A DNA stretch of 64,000 bases from an uncultured Eubacteriales bacterium (lineage in GTDB: Bacteria; Bacillota; Clostridia; Christensenellales; UBA1242), in NCBI GenBank assembly GCA_949841245.1, contig CATKYT010000003.1, positions 1,877 to 65,876 on the forward strand, read 5' to 3'. Positions within the stretch are counted from its first letter, which is position 1. The number at the start of each line of letters is the position of its first letter. Below, one piece after another: positions 53,650 to 64,000 of the stretch. The notes under the pieces are model-generated. The model was not told the origin of the DNA, made no database searches, and saw nothing but the letters and a program-made list of their open reading frames with translations. The position numbers were made by a program, and so were the translations under genes.

Positions 53650-54651
53650 ATGGAAGATAGATTTATAACAAGCACAAAAAATTGGACAGACACTGAAATT
53701 GAAAATTCGCTTCGTCCAACAAGTTTAGATCAATATGTGGGACAAGACAAAATTAAACAAAGTCTTGAAATTTATATAAAAGCAGCCAAGTCAAGAAAAG
53801 ATGCTCTTGACCATGTTTTGTTATATGGTCCACCAGGACTTGGGAAAACCACACTTTCTCATATTATTGCAAATGAACTTGGTTCGCAAATCAAGATTAC
53901 ATCAGGGCCAGCAATTGAACATGCAGCGGACCTTGCAGCAATACTTACAAATTTAAATAAAAATGATGTGCTTTTTATTGATGAAATTCACAGACTTAAC
54001 AAAAGTGTGGAAGAAATTTTATATCCAGCCATGGAAGATTTTGCTTTGGATTTTATTGTTGGAAAAGGCCCATCTGCTAAGAGTATGCGCCTTAAAATTC
54101 AACCTTTTACACTTATTGGTGCAACTACAAGGGCGGGAATGCTTACAAGCCCACTTCGTGACCGATTTGGTGTTATTTGTCGCTTAGAACTTTACGGAGA
54201 TGAAGAACTTAAAGTGATTGTTAAGCGTTCTGCAAAGATTTTAAACATAGACATTGATGAAACTGCAAGTTTAGATATTGCTAAGCGTTCTCGTGGAACT
54301 CCTAGAATTGCCAACAGACTTTTAAAGCGTGTGCGAGATTATGCGGAAGTTATGGGAACAGGAAAAATCACAAAAGAAATTACAGACCAAGCACTTGCTA
54401 AGATGGAAATTGATGACCTTGGACTTGACTTTATTGACCGTAAAATTTTGGAAAATATCATTCATAAGTTTGGTGGTGGACCAGTTGGTCTGGAAACTTT
54501 GGCGGCATCAATAAGTGAAGATGCGGGAACGATTGAAGATGTTTATGAACCTTATCTTCTTCAACTTGGCTTTGTTGCCAGAACACCAAGAGGACGAGTT
54601 GTTTTAGAAAACGGCTATCGTCATTTAGGATTGGAATACACAGAGAAATAG
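53650..54651 (+). CDS. ruvB: Holliday junction DNA helicase RuvB
   Basis: [12 protein letters not shown], Walker [10 protein letters not shown], Walker B FIDEIHRL and sensor regions. The start is ATG 53650 (or 53644). Confidence 0.95.
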   Translation: MEDRFITSTKNWTDTEIENSLRPTSLDQYVGQDKIKQSLEIYIKAAKSRKDALDHVLLYGPPGLGKTTLSHIIANELGSQIKITSGPAIEHAADLAAILTNLNKNDVLFIDEIHRLNKSVEEILYPAMEDFALDFIVGKGPSAKSMRLKIQPFTLIGATTRAGMLTSPLRDRFGVICRLELYGDEELKVIVKRSAKILNIDIDETASLDIAKRSRGTPRIANRLLKRVRDYAEVMGTGKITKEITDQALAKMEIDDLGLDFIDRKILENIIHKFGGGPVGLETLAASISEDAGTIEDVYEPYLLQLGFVARTPRGRVVLENGYRHLGLEYTEK

Positions 54652-54659
54652 GAGGAATT

Positions 54660-55370
54660 ATGAAACTAATTTTAAGTGGTGGTGGCTCAGGAGAACAAGT
54701 AAAAGAAAGTTATAAAGTTTTCAGTAATCTTGTTGGCAATGGTAAAGTTTTATATGTTCCATTAGCATGGAATCATGGTGGGTATGATGGTTGCTTAGAT
54801 TGGTTTAAAAGTGAGATGAAATCATTTGGCATTGTTGATATTGATATGATAACTAATGCAAATGAAATCTCCGAAGAACGATTGAAGAAAGTTAAAGGTA
54901 TTTTTATAGGAGGTGGTAACACTTACAAATTATTGAAAATGTTGAAAGAATCACCAGCATACGAAAATATCAAAACTTTTATGAAGCGAAAAGATAGTGT
55001 TATAATGGGTGGAAGTGCTGGTGCGTTGATATTTGGCAGAAGTATTGATACTTGCTTAAATGATGGACTTGTGTTAAAATCTTGTGTTGATGAAAATCAA
55101 GTAGGTTTGAAAGACACAACAGGGTTTGATTGTTTGAATGGTTACAGCATTTTACCACATTATAAAAAATTGCCTGAGCAATATGAGATATTTAAAATTA
55201 GAATAAATAGATTGCTTGAAGAAGGTTTTAAATTGATATGTATTCCAGAAGAAACAAGTATTTATGTTGATGATAGAAAATATAAAGTCATAGGCCGGAG
55301 ACCAGTAGAGATCTTTACAAAACAAAATCAAATTTCAAAAAATGTAAAAGAAGAAATTATTTTAAAATAA
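54660..55370 (+). CDS. Peptidase S51 (PepE-like) family protein
   Basis: FIGGGNTYKLL and nucleophile region MGGSAGALIFG; 236 aa. Confidence 0.7.
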   Translation: MKLILSGGGSGEQVKESYKVFSNLVGNGKVLYVPLAWNHGGYDGCLDWFKSEMKSFGIVDIDMITNANEISEERLKKVKGIFIGGGNTYKLLKMLKESPAYENIKTFMKRKDSVIMGGSAGALIFGRSIDTCLNDGLVLKSCVDENQVGLKDTTGFDCLNGYSILPHYKKLPEQYEIFKIRINRLLEEGFKLICIPEETSIYVDDRKYKVIGRRPVEIFTKQNQISKNVKEEIILK

Positions 55371-55400
55371 TTTTCTTTTTAACATTAAAAGGGTTATATT

Positions 55401-56020
55401 ATGAAAAGAATTTTATGCTATGGAGATTCTAATACATGGGGTACAATTCCTAATACTTGGAATGGGAGATATGATGAGAATACTCGTTGGACAAAACTCC
55501 TTGCAAAAAAATTAGGGAGAAATTTTGAAATTATTGAAGAAGGATTCAGAGGAAGGAATACGGGCTTTGATGATATTGTTTTTCCTCGTGGTAATCGTAA
55601 TGGTGCGATTACATTTCCATCTTGTATAGTAACACATGATCCGATAGACTATTGTATAATAATGCTTGGAACAAATGATATGAAACAAGAGTTTAATGTT
55701 ACAACTCAGATTTCTGCAAAAAATATTGAAGATAATTTTATAAAGTTTTTGAAAGAAAATCTTGTTGTTGATTTAATAAAACTTCCTAAAATTATAATTG
55801 TTGCACCAAATGTTATGAAAGATAAAGTAGAAAAGTTTAAAGGTGCACAGGAAAAGTCGAAAAACTTTAACAAAGATTATGAAGAAATAACTAAAAGAAA
55901 TGAGTGCTGGTTTATTGATAATACTGGTTTATGTCCAGGAGATGACGGTATTCATTTAACTGCAGAAAGCCATGCAATTTTAGCAAGAAAATTGGCTGAT
56001 TTAATTAAGAGGATTGACTA

Positions 56021-56021
<1 letters not shown>
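55401..56021 (+). CDS. SGNH/GDSL hydrolase
   Basis: Block I ILCYGDSNTWG, block III MLGTNDM and block V DGIHLT. Confidence 0.8.
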
Positions 56022-58188
<2,167 letters not shown>

Positions 58189-58200
58189 TGGAGAAAATTA

Positions 58201-58692
58201 ATGAAATATTTTTGGAGAGAGAAAAATGCAATAAAGTGTATTGGAAAATTTCAAGTTTTTGAGCCAACAGTGCAAGAGTTAGAGAAAGAACTTATATTAA
58301 AGTTTGAACAAAAATTAAATAGAATAAATATTATATTTGACAAAAATGCAAGAAAGGCGTATTACCAACAAGATAAAAAGCCTAAACAAGATATAACTGG
58401 ACTTACAGAAAAACAAATTCAACAAAAATTAGGTCTAAGAGTAGTAGTTGATTTTTTTCAACTTATTAAAGATTTATGCAACTTCTATGAAATTGATATA
58501 AAAACTGAAAAAATTGACTATTATTTATCAAATGATGAGATTAAAACTAAAAAATGCTTAGAAAACATATATTACTGTATAGTCTCTTTGACGAAACTTA
58601 TTGATATTGATATGGAAACAGCTGAAAATGAGCGCAAAGAAAAAGAAAATGAAGAAGGTAACTTTCTTCATGGTAAATATGTAATTTGGTAA
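58201..58692 (+). CDS. Hypothetical soluble protein (163 aa)
   Basis: RBS GGAGAAAA. No recognisable motif. It occupies the position where yajC follows tgt in many Firmicutes but has no TM helix. Confidence 0.5.
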   Translation: MKYFWREKNAIKCIGKFQVFEPTVQELEKELILKFEQKLNRINIIFDKNARKAYYQQDKKPKQDITGLTEKQIQQKLGLRVVVDFFQLIKDLCNFYEIDIKTEKIDYYLSNDEIKTKKCLENIYYCIVSLTKLIDIDMETAENERKEKENEEGNFLHGKYVIW

Positions 58693-58819
58693 AAAGAAAA
58701 TTTTTAAATAAAAAATATAGGGCAGGTTTGTAAGATTTTTGATATTTTTTGTATGTGATTTTATTAATTGTTAAGCAAAAATATTGAAAGGTGATTAATT
58801 TTTTGAAAAAATAATAAAA

Positions 58820-58861
58820 GCGTATCTATTCGGAAAAGACAGGTTTTCCGAATAGATACGC
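58820..58861. terminator. Perfect 18-bp hairpin, probable bidirectional terminator
   Basis: GCGTATCTATTCGGAAAA-gacagg-TTTTCCGAATAGATACGC. It is flanked by an A-rich 5' side and a T-containing 3' side, between convergent transcription units. Confidence 0.6.
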
Positions 58862-58914
58862 TATATATTGCGCATAGAATTAAATAACACTTACAATATA
58901 TTGTATTATGCAAT
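58861..58914. repeat. Intergenic palindromic repeat, copy R9
   Basis: CTATATATTGCGCATAGAATTAAATAACACTTACAATATATTGTATTATGCAATA, adjacent to the 18-bp hairpin. Confidence 0.6.
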
Positions 58915-59013
58915 AAAATTTGTGTTTTTTTATATTCAATAAATTATCAAATTTTAATAAATTTTTTTATAAAAATTTTAATTATGTTTAATAAAAAAAC
59001 TAAGATGTTTCTC

Positions 59014-59415
59014 TTAGTTTTGTTTATTTGCTTTTTTCAGTTCTTTTTCTTTTTTCTTATAATAGTTTTCTATTGCTGCTCTGATTGATTCTTCTGCCAA
59101 AATTGAGCAGTGAATTTTATGTGCTGGAAGTTCTCCAAGAAGTGAAACAACATCTTTATTTGTGACTTTCAATGCTTCATCAATTGTTTTTCCTTTAATC
59201 AAATCACAAGCAATATCAGTTGAAGCAATGGCAGCACAGCAACCAAAAGTTTTAAATTTTGCATTTTCAATAACTCCATTGTCATTGATTTTTAAATACA
59301 TTTTCATAATGTCGCCACATGCTGCATTTCCAACTTGTCCAACAGCATTTGCTCCATGCATTGAACCAGCATTTTTTGGATTTTGAAATCTTTCTAAAAC
59401 TGTTTTGCTATACAT
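59014..59415 (-). CDS. nifU: Fe-S cluster assembly scaffold NifU/IscU
   Basis: NPKNAGSM, GNAACGD, FKTFGCCAAIAS and HCS motifs. A terminator overlaps the stop. Confidence 0.93.
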   Translation of the reverse strand: MYSKTVLERFQNPKNAGSMHGANAVGQVGNAACGDIMKMYLKINDNGVIENAKFKTFGCCAAIASTDIACDLIKGKTIDEALKVTNKDVVSLLGELPAHKIHCSILAEESIRAAIENYYKKKEKELKKANKQN

Positions 59416-59417
59416 AA

Positions 59418-60593
59418 TTAAAACCTCCCTGGTTGAACTGGTGAAATTGCTCTGAGTTTGTTTATTGCTTTGCGAATTTCTTCAACAACATAGTCAATAT
59501 CAGATTTTGAAGTGTTTATACCAAAAGAAAATCTTATTGAACCTTGTGCAATTTCGTCAGGAACTTTCATTGCTTTCAAAACATGTGATGGAAGAAGAGA
59601 TTTTGATGTGCATGCAGATGAAGTTGAAACACAAATTCCAGCCAAATCCAAAAGCATAAGTAAAGATTCTCCTTCAACTCCATAGAAAGATACATTAAGA
59701 ATAGCGTTTGATTTTTGGTGTTTATGCCCGTTAATTTGGAAATATTCCACCTTTTCAGACAGTTTTTCAACAAAATAATCTCTTGTTGATTTCAATTTTC
59801 TGCTTGTCAATGCTTGATTTCTGCAAGCTGTTTCAACTGCTTTGCCAAGTCCAGCGATTCCAGCAACATTTTCTGTTCCTGCTCGTTTTCCTCTTTCTTG
59901 GCTGTCTCCACCAAAAGTTATTGGATCGATTTTAACTCCGCTTTTAACATACAAAGCGCCAACGCCCTTTGGTCCATGAATTTTATGTCCTGAAATTGAT
60001 AAAGCATCGATTTCCATATCTTGAACATTAATGTTAAGATTTCCGATTGCTTGAACAGCGTCAGAGTGGAAAACCACATCATAATCATGAGCAATTTTTG
60101 CGATTGTTTTGATGTTTTGAATTGTTCCGACTTCGTTGTTTACTGCCATGATTGAAATTAAAGTTGTTCCTTTTTTAATGGCATGTAAAAGTTCTGTGAT
60201 GTTTACAAGACCTGTTTCATCAACTGGCAAATATGTCACTTGATAACCTTCTTTTTCAAGATAATGACAAGCATTTAACACAGCATGATGTTCGATTTGG
60301 CTTGTAATGATGTGTTTACCCTTGTTTGCATAAGCATGAGCAATTCCAATAACAGCCCAATTATCTGCTTCTGTTCCGCCACTTGTGAAGTAAATTTCGC
60401 TTGATTTTTTTGCGTTGATTGCTTCTTTAATTCTATCTCTTGCCTTATCTAAAACTGCAACAGAACTACGACCAAAACTGTGGAGTGAACCAGCGTTTCC
60501 GTAGATGGTGTTGAAACATGGCAACATTTCGTTTAAAACTTCATTTGAGACATAAGTTGTTGAAGCGTTGTCTAAATAAATCTTTCTATCCAT
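59418..60593 (-). CDS. nifS: Cysteine desulfurase NifS
   Basis: ATG 60593 follows AAAGGA (MDRKIYLDNASTT). PLP-Lys SISGHKIHGPKGVGALYV and active-site SSACTS. The ORF-track extension to 60656 covers the promoter. Confidence 0.93.
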   Translation of the reverse strand: MDRKIYLDNASTTYVSNEVLNEMLPCFNTIYGNAGSLHSFGRSSVAVLDKARDRIKEAINAKKSSEIYFTSGGTEADNWAVIGIAHAYANKGKHIITSQIEHHAVLNACHYLEKEGYQVTYLPVDETGLVNITELLHAIKKGTTLISIMAVNNEVGTIQNIKTIAKIAHDYDVVFHSDAVQAIGNLNINVQDMEIDALSISGHKIHGPKGVGALYVKSGVKIDPITFGGDSQERGKRAGTENVAGIAGLGKAVETACRNQALTSRKLKSTRDYFVEKLSEKVEYFQINGHKHQKSNAILNVSFYGVEGESLLMLLDLAGICVSTSSACTSKSLLPSHVLKAMKVPDEIAQGSIRFSFGINTSKSDIDYVVEEIRKAINKLRAISPVQPGRF

Positions 60594-60627
60594 TTTTGTT
60601 CCTTTTAATATAAAATTTAACAACTTT

Positions 60628-60656
60628 ATTGTAACACTAAAAAAAGTTATTGTCAA
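60628..60656 (-). promoter_or_regulatory. nifSU promoter
   Basis: On the minus strand: TTGACA (60656-60651), 17 nt spacer, TACAAT (60633-60628). Confidence 0.55.
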
Positions 60657-60684
60657 TACTTATTTTAAAAAGCAAAACAAGTTT

Positions 60685-60993
60685 TTATAAATATTTTTCC
60701 ACTGTTTCAACCAAATCATCTTTGTTCCAAAGGCCTATATGTTTTTCCACTTCTTCGCCATTTACAAAAACTATTATAGTAGGAATGCTCACAATGCCAA
60801 ATTTGCGAGCCAAATTTTGACTTTCATCAACATCAACTTTGTAGATTTTGGCTTTTTCTCCCAAAGTTTCTTGGCAATCTTCCAAGATTGGAGACATCAT
60901 TCTGCAAGGTCCACACCAAGTTGCAAAAAAGTCGATTACAACAACTCCATCTTTAATTTTTTCTTCAAATTCTTTGTCTTTTAAAATTTCCAT
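60685..60993 (-). CDS. trxA: Thioredoxin
   Basis: Active site WCGPC; 102 aa. Confidence 0.94.
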   Translation of the reverse strand: MEILKDKEFEEKIKDGVVVIDFFATWCGPCRMMSPILEDCQETLGEKAKIYKVDVDESQNLARKFGIVSIPTIIVFVNGEEVEKHIGLWNKDDLVETVEKYL

Positions 60994-61006
60994 AAAATCC
61001 CCCTAT

Positions 61007-61693
61007 TTATTTTATTATTTTTGTCACAATAAAAGCACTTAATACACAGCCACACATTGCTGGATAATATGCTATACTGCCGATTTCTTTGTTTTCTGTT
61101 TTGATTGGCAAATGTTCGCTTATAACAACATCCAAAGAAATAATGTTATTTTCACGAAGTTTTTTTCGCATAATTTTTGCCAATCCATCGTTGCATGTTT
61201 TGTAAATATCCATAATTTTGAATGATGGAACATCAATTCTGTTTCCTGCTCCCATGGCTGAAACGATGTTTATGTTTTTTTCTTTGCAATGCTTAATCAA
61301 ATTTACTTTATTTGAAATGTCATCAATGGCATCAACAACATAATCAAAGTTTTTCGTAATTATTTGTTCAATATTTTCACTGCAAAGTCTTTCATCGTAT
61401 GTTGTCACTTTGCATTTTGGGTTTATTTCCAAAATTTGCTGTTTCATAATTTGGGTTTTAAATTGACCAACAGTTTTGGTGTTTGCAACCACTTGTCTAT
61501 TTATGTTTGTTTCGTCAACTTTGTCAAAATCAACAAGTGTAAGATTTTCAATTCCACAACGAGCAAGCATTAAGCAAACATATCCGCCAACTCCACCAAT
61601 TCCTACAACAGCAACTTGACTTTTTTTAAGTTTGTTAATTCCTTCTTTACCAACCAATATTTCAGTTCTGTCTGTCCACATTTGTTTCTCCAT
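61007..61693 (-). CDS. tcdA: tRNA threonylcarbamoyladenosine dehydratase (ThiF-family, TcdA/YgdL-like)
   Basis: VAVVGIGGVGGY nucleotide loop and LVDFDKVDETNINRQ; 228 aa. Confidence 0.8.
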   Translation of the reverse strand: MEKQMWTDRTEILVGKEGINKLKKSQVAVVGIGGVGGYVCLMLARCGIENLTLVDFDKVDETNINRQVVANTKTVGQFKTQIMKQQILEINPKCKVTTYDERLCSENIEQIITKNFDYVVDAIDDISNKVNLIKHCKEKNINIVSAMGAGNRIDVPSFKIMDIYKTCNDGLAKIMRKKLRENNIISLDVVISEHLPIKTENKEIGSIAYYPAMCGCVLSAFIVTKIIK

Positions 61694-61698
61694 TATTT

Positions 61699-61745
61699 CA
61701 ATATATTGTGGTGTTATGCAATATAAATATTACATAATACACAAC
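61699..61745. repeat. Intergenic palindromic repeat, copy R10
   Basis: CAATATATTGTGGTGTTATGCA-atataaatatta-CATAATACACAAC, between hslU and tcdA (co-directional, minus strand). Confidence 0.75.
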
Positions 61746-61747
61746 AT

Positions 61748-63046
61748 TTACAAAACATATTTCTTTAAGTCAAACTTCTTCTGTTGGTCTTTAAACACTG
61801 AGTTTACATAGTTTTTGTCAATAACAACATCCACCATTGGGTGTTTGCCTGTTGCATTGAATGAAACTTCTTCCAACAACGATTCCATAATTGTGTGAAG
61901 TCGTCTTGCCCCAAGGTCTTCACTTGTTTCGTTTTCTTTTTCTGCCATATCAGCAATTTCGTCAAGTGCATCATCTTTAAACACCAAATTGATGTTGTCA
62001 ACTTTTAAAAGATTGGTGTATTGAAGTGTCACCGCGTTTTTAGGAGTTGCCAAAATTTGTTTAAAGTCTTCTTTTGTCAGGCTTTCAAGTTCCACTCTGA
62101 TTGGAAATCTTCCTTGAAGTTCTGGAATCATATCTTCAATTTTTGCAATATGGAACGCCCCTGCTGCAATAAACAAAATGAAATCTGTTTTAACATTGCC
62201 GTATTTAGTTGTTACTGTGCTTCCTTCAACTATTGGAAGAATGTCCCTTTGCACACCTTCGCGAGAAACATCAGCACTGTTTGTAGATTGGCTTTTTCCA
62301 ATGATTTTGTCAATTTCATCAATGAAAATAATGCCTTGTTCTTCTGCCAAAGTGATTGCTTCATCATTAACATTGTCCATATCGATGATTTTGTCGCTTT
62401 CTTCTTGCAAAATAGCTTCTCTGGCATGTCTAACTGTCATTTTTTTCTTTTTATATTTAGGTGGTGTAAGACCATCAAACATAGAGCCTAAATTAATCTC
62501 ATTTCCACCAAATGATGCCATCATAGGTTTTGTGTTTTCCAAAACATTTATTTCAATTGTTTCATCTTCACATTTCCCACTGTGTAATTCTTCAAATATT
62601 TTGTTTCTGTCAACATCAACAGTTGTCACCCTTCTGTTTTGAAAAATTGCGTCCACAATTCTGTTTTCAACTGCTGGCATAACCTTTGATTCAACTTCTT
62701 TTTTCTTTTTGTCTTTAACCATACGAACAGAAACTTCAACAAGATCTCTGACCATGCTTTCAACATCACGACCAACATAACCAACTTCAGTGTATTTTGT
62801 GGCTTCAACTTTAACAAATGGTGCGACAACCAATTTGGCAAGTCTTCTTGAAATTTCTGTTTTACCAACACCAGTTGGACCTTTTAATATGATGTTTTTA
62901 GGTGTGATTTCATCTCTTACTTCATCAGAAAGTTGACTTCTTCTGTAACGATTTCTCAAAGCAACAGCCACTGCTTTTTTTGCTTTTGCTTGACCTACGA
63001 TGTATTTGTCAAGTTCGGTTACAATTTGTTTTGGTGATAAATCCAT
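61748..63046 (-). CDS. hslU: ATP-dependent protease ATPase subunit HslU
   Basis: ATG 63046 follows AAGGAGG (MDLSPKQIVTELDKYIVGQ). Walker A GPTGVGKTE, Walker B IIFIDEIDKI and FIAAGAF. Confidence 0.94.
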   Translation of the reverse strand: MDLSPKQIVTELDKYIVGQAKAKKAVAVALRNRYRRSQLSDEVRDEITPKNIILKGPTGVGKTEISRRLAKLVVAPFVKVEATKYTEVGYVGRDVESMVRDLVEVSVRMVKDKKKKEVESKVMPAVENRIVDAIFQNRRVTTVDVDRNKIFEELHSGKCEDETIEINVLENTKPMMASFGGNEINLGSMFDGLTPPKYKKKKMTVRHAREAILQEESDKIIDMDNVNDEAITLAEEQGIIFIDEIDKIIGKSQSTNSADVSREGVQRDILPIVEGSTVTTKYGNVKTDFILFIAAGAFHIAKIEDMIPELQGRFPIRVELESLTKEDFKQILATPKNAVTLQYTNLLKVDNINLVFKDDALDEIADMAEKENETSEDLGARRLHTIMESLLEEVSFNATGKHPMVDVVIDKNYVNSVFKDQQKKFDLKKYVL

Positions 63047-63056
63047 TATTTCCTCC

Positions 63057-63596
63057 TTAAACTTCTTCAACAATGATGTTGTCGTTTGTGAAAACACAAA
63101 TTTCACTGGCTATTTTAAGTGATTTAAAGGCAATTTCTTTTGCTGTGTAATTTGTGTTTTGAACCAAGGCTCTTGCCGCTGCAAGTGCATAATTTCCACC
63201 TGAACCGATTGCACAGATGTCATCTTGTGGTTCAATTACATCGCCTGAGCCATCCAAAATTAAAAGTTGGTTTTTGTCAGCCACGATTAAAAGTGCTTCC
63301 AGTTGACGCATGCCTTTGTCACTGCGCCATGTTTGAGCAAGTTCAACAGCACTGCGCATAAGATTTCCAGAAAACTTATTCAGCATTGCTTCAAATTTTT
63401 CACTTAATGTAAAAGCATCTGCAACAGAACCAGCAAAGCCAATAACAACAGTGTTGTTGTAAAGTCTTCTTACTTTCTTTGCGTTGCTTTTAAATATGAT
63501 GCTGTTTGACATTGTTACTTGTCCGTCACCAGCAATGGCAATTTTACCATCTTTTTTTACGGCACAAATAGTCGTTCCTTTAAACATATTTTCCAT
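63057..63596 (-). CDS. hslV: ATP-dependent protease subunit HslV
   Basis: ATG 63596 lies 7 nt after AAGGAG ([17 protein letters not shown], with the catalytic Thr in GTT). [14 protein letters not shown] is present. Confidence 0.92.
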   Translation of the reverse strand: MENMFKGTTICAVKKDGKIAIAGDGQVTMSNSIIFKSNAKKVRRLYNNTVVIGFAGSVADAFTLSEKFEAMLNKFSGNLMRSAVELAQTWRSDKGMRQLEALLIVADKNQLLILDGSGDVIEPQDDICAIGSGGNYALAAARALVQNTNYTAKEIAFKSLKIASEICVFTNDNIIVEEV

Positions 63597-64000
63597 AATA
63601 TTTCTCCTTAAATTTATCCGTTTGAGTTTTTGAACTATCCAAAAGATTGGAAACAAATTTTTCATAATTTTTGGATTCTAAACTATTCATAATAATTATA
63701 TCATATTTCAAATTGAATAACCTAAAATTTATAACACTTTTTTTAAACAAATTTTCGTATATTTTGCCGATGCAACATTTCTCTTTTAAATATTTTGTTC
63801 CTATATAGTGATCAAGTTGTTCAATCACGCTGTATGCACATAAATTTGCCATTAAAAGGCTTTCAAAACTTCCATTAGTGCCAAGAAGTCCGCCACACAC
63901 ATAGATGTTTTCATGATCCAAAACCTGCAAATTTTCATTTAAACATGCAGGTGTAAGAAGATAAGTCTTTCTTCTTATTACGCTTGGTTTTTCAATCTTA
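63580..64000 (-). CDS. C-terminal part of a divergent TrmFO/MnmG-like flavoprotein; partial, N-terminus beyond window
   Basis: The reading frame stays open to the window edge (…[58 protein letters not shown]…). The pattern resembles the TrmFO ..[25 protein letters not shown].. segment. trmFO lies upstream of hslVU (clpQY) in Bacillus. Confidence 0.35.
   Translation of the reverse strand, partial: KIEKPSVIRRKTYLLTPACLNENLQVLDHENIYVCGGLLGTNGSFESLLMANLCAYSVIEQLDHYIGTKYLKEKCCIGKIYENLFKKSVINFRLFNLKYDIIIMNSLESKNYEKFVSNLLDSSKTQTDKFKEKYYGKYV

Noticed and set aside
53601-53670. Apparent duplication of the ruvB initiation region (TTATGGAAGAAAAATTTGATTT vs TTATGGAAGATAGATTTATAAC)
   Set aside because: Only about 13 of 16 matches over a short AT-rich stretch, which could be chance. 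The upstream copy opens only a 17-codon ORF.
60594-60656. N-terminal extension of the nifS ORF (MTITFFSVTIKLLNFILKGTK)
   Set aside because: It covers the TTGACA/TACAAT promoter. The conserved NifS N-terminus MDRKIYLDNAST begins at 60593, after an RBS.

Overview
This is a chromosomal segment of a low-GC, endospore-forming Firmicute with Clostridia/Bacilli-like gene order. About 85% of it is conserved housekeeping and sporulation genes. These include polA, ruvX, pheST behind a Phe T-box leader, nifZ-thiI, argR-recN-spoIVB, lysS, nth, obg, yhbY, rsfS, ywlE-rpiB and gap. They continue with a Bacillus-type long SRP RNA, the full spoIIIAA-AH operon, asp23-nusB-xseAB-proS, infC-rpmI-rplT, yebC, ruvCAB-queA-tgt, nifSU-trxA-tcdA and hslVU. 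Five things fall outside this pattern. (1) At 1.5-8.7 kb, between an ABC transporter and polA, sits a compact, apparently intact phage-type head-morphogenesis cassette. It has a TerS-like fragment, a Zn-ribbon protein, portal, scaffold, major capsid, three head-completion-sized ORFs and a BhlA/holin pair, but no large terminase, tail, endolysin, integrase or repressor. I rate this the best candidate for an undescribed satellite or domesticated capsid system. (2) A family of REP-like palindromic repeats occupies at least 10 intergenic sites. They are built from a ~16-nt unit (approx. ATTGTGGTATTATGCA) in alternating orientation. (3) Two G/C homopolymer tracts sit where length changes would switch expression. 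A G10 run frameshifts a YdeN-type hydrolase just before its catalytic His, and a C8 run forms most of the -35/-10 spacer of a small membrane-protein gene. (4) A PadR-type regulator is fused to a long acidic linker and four TM helices, divergent from a DUF45 metallopeptidase. (5) Several lineage-specific ORFs interrupt conserved operons. I found no rRNA, tRNA, CRISPR array or transposase. All functional calls come from motif recognition by eye on the supplied translations; no database search was run.
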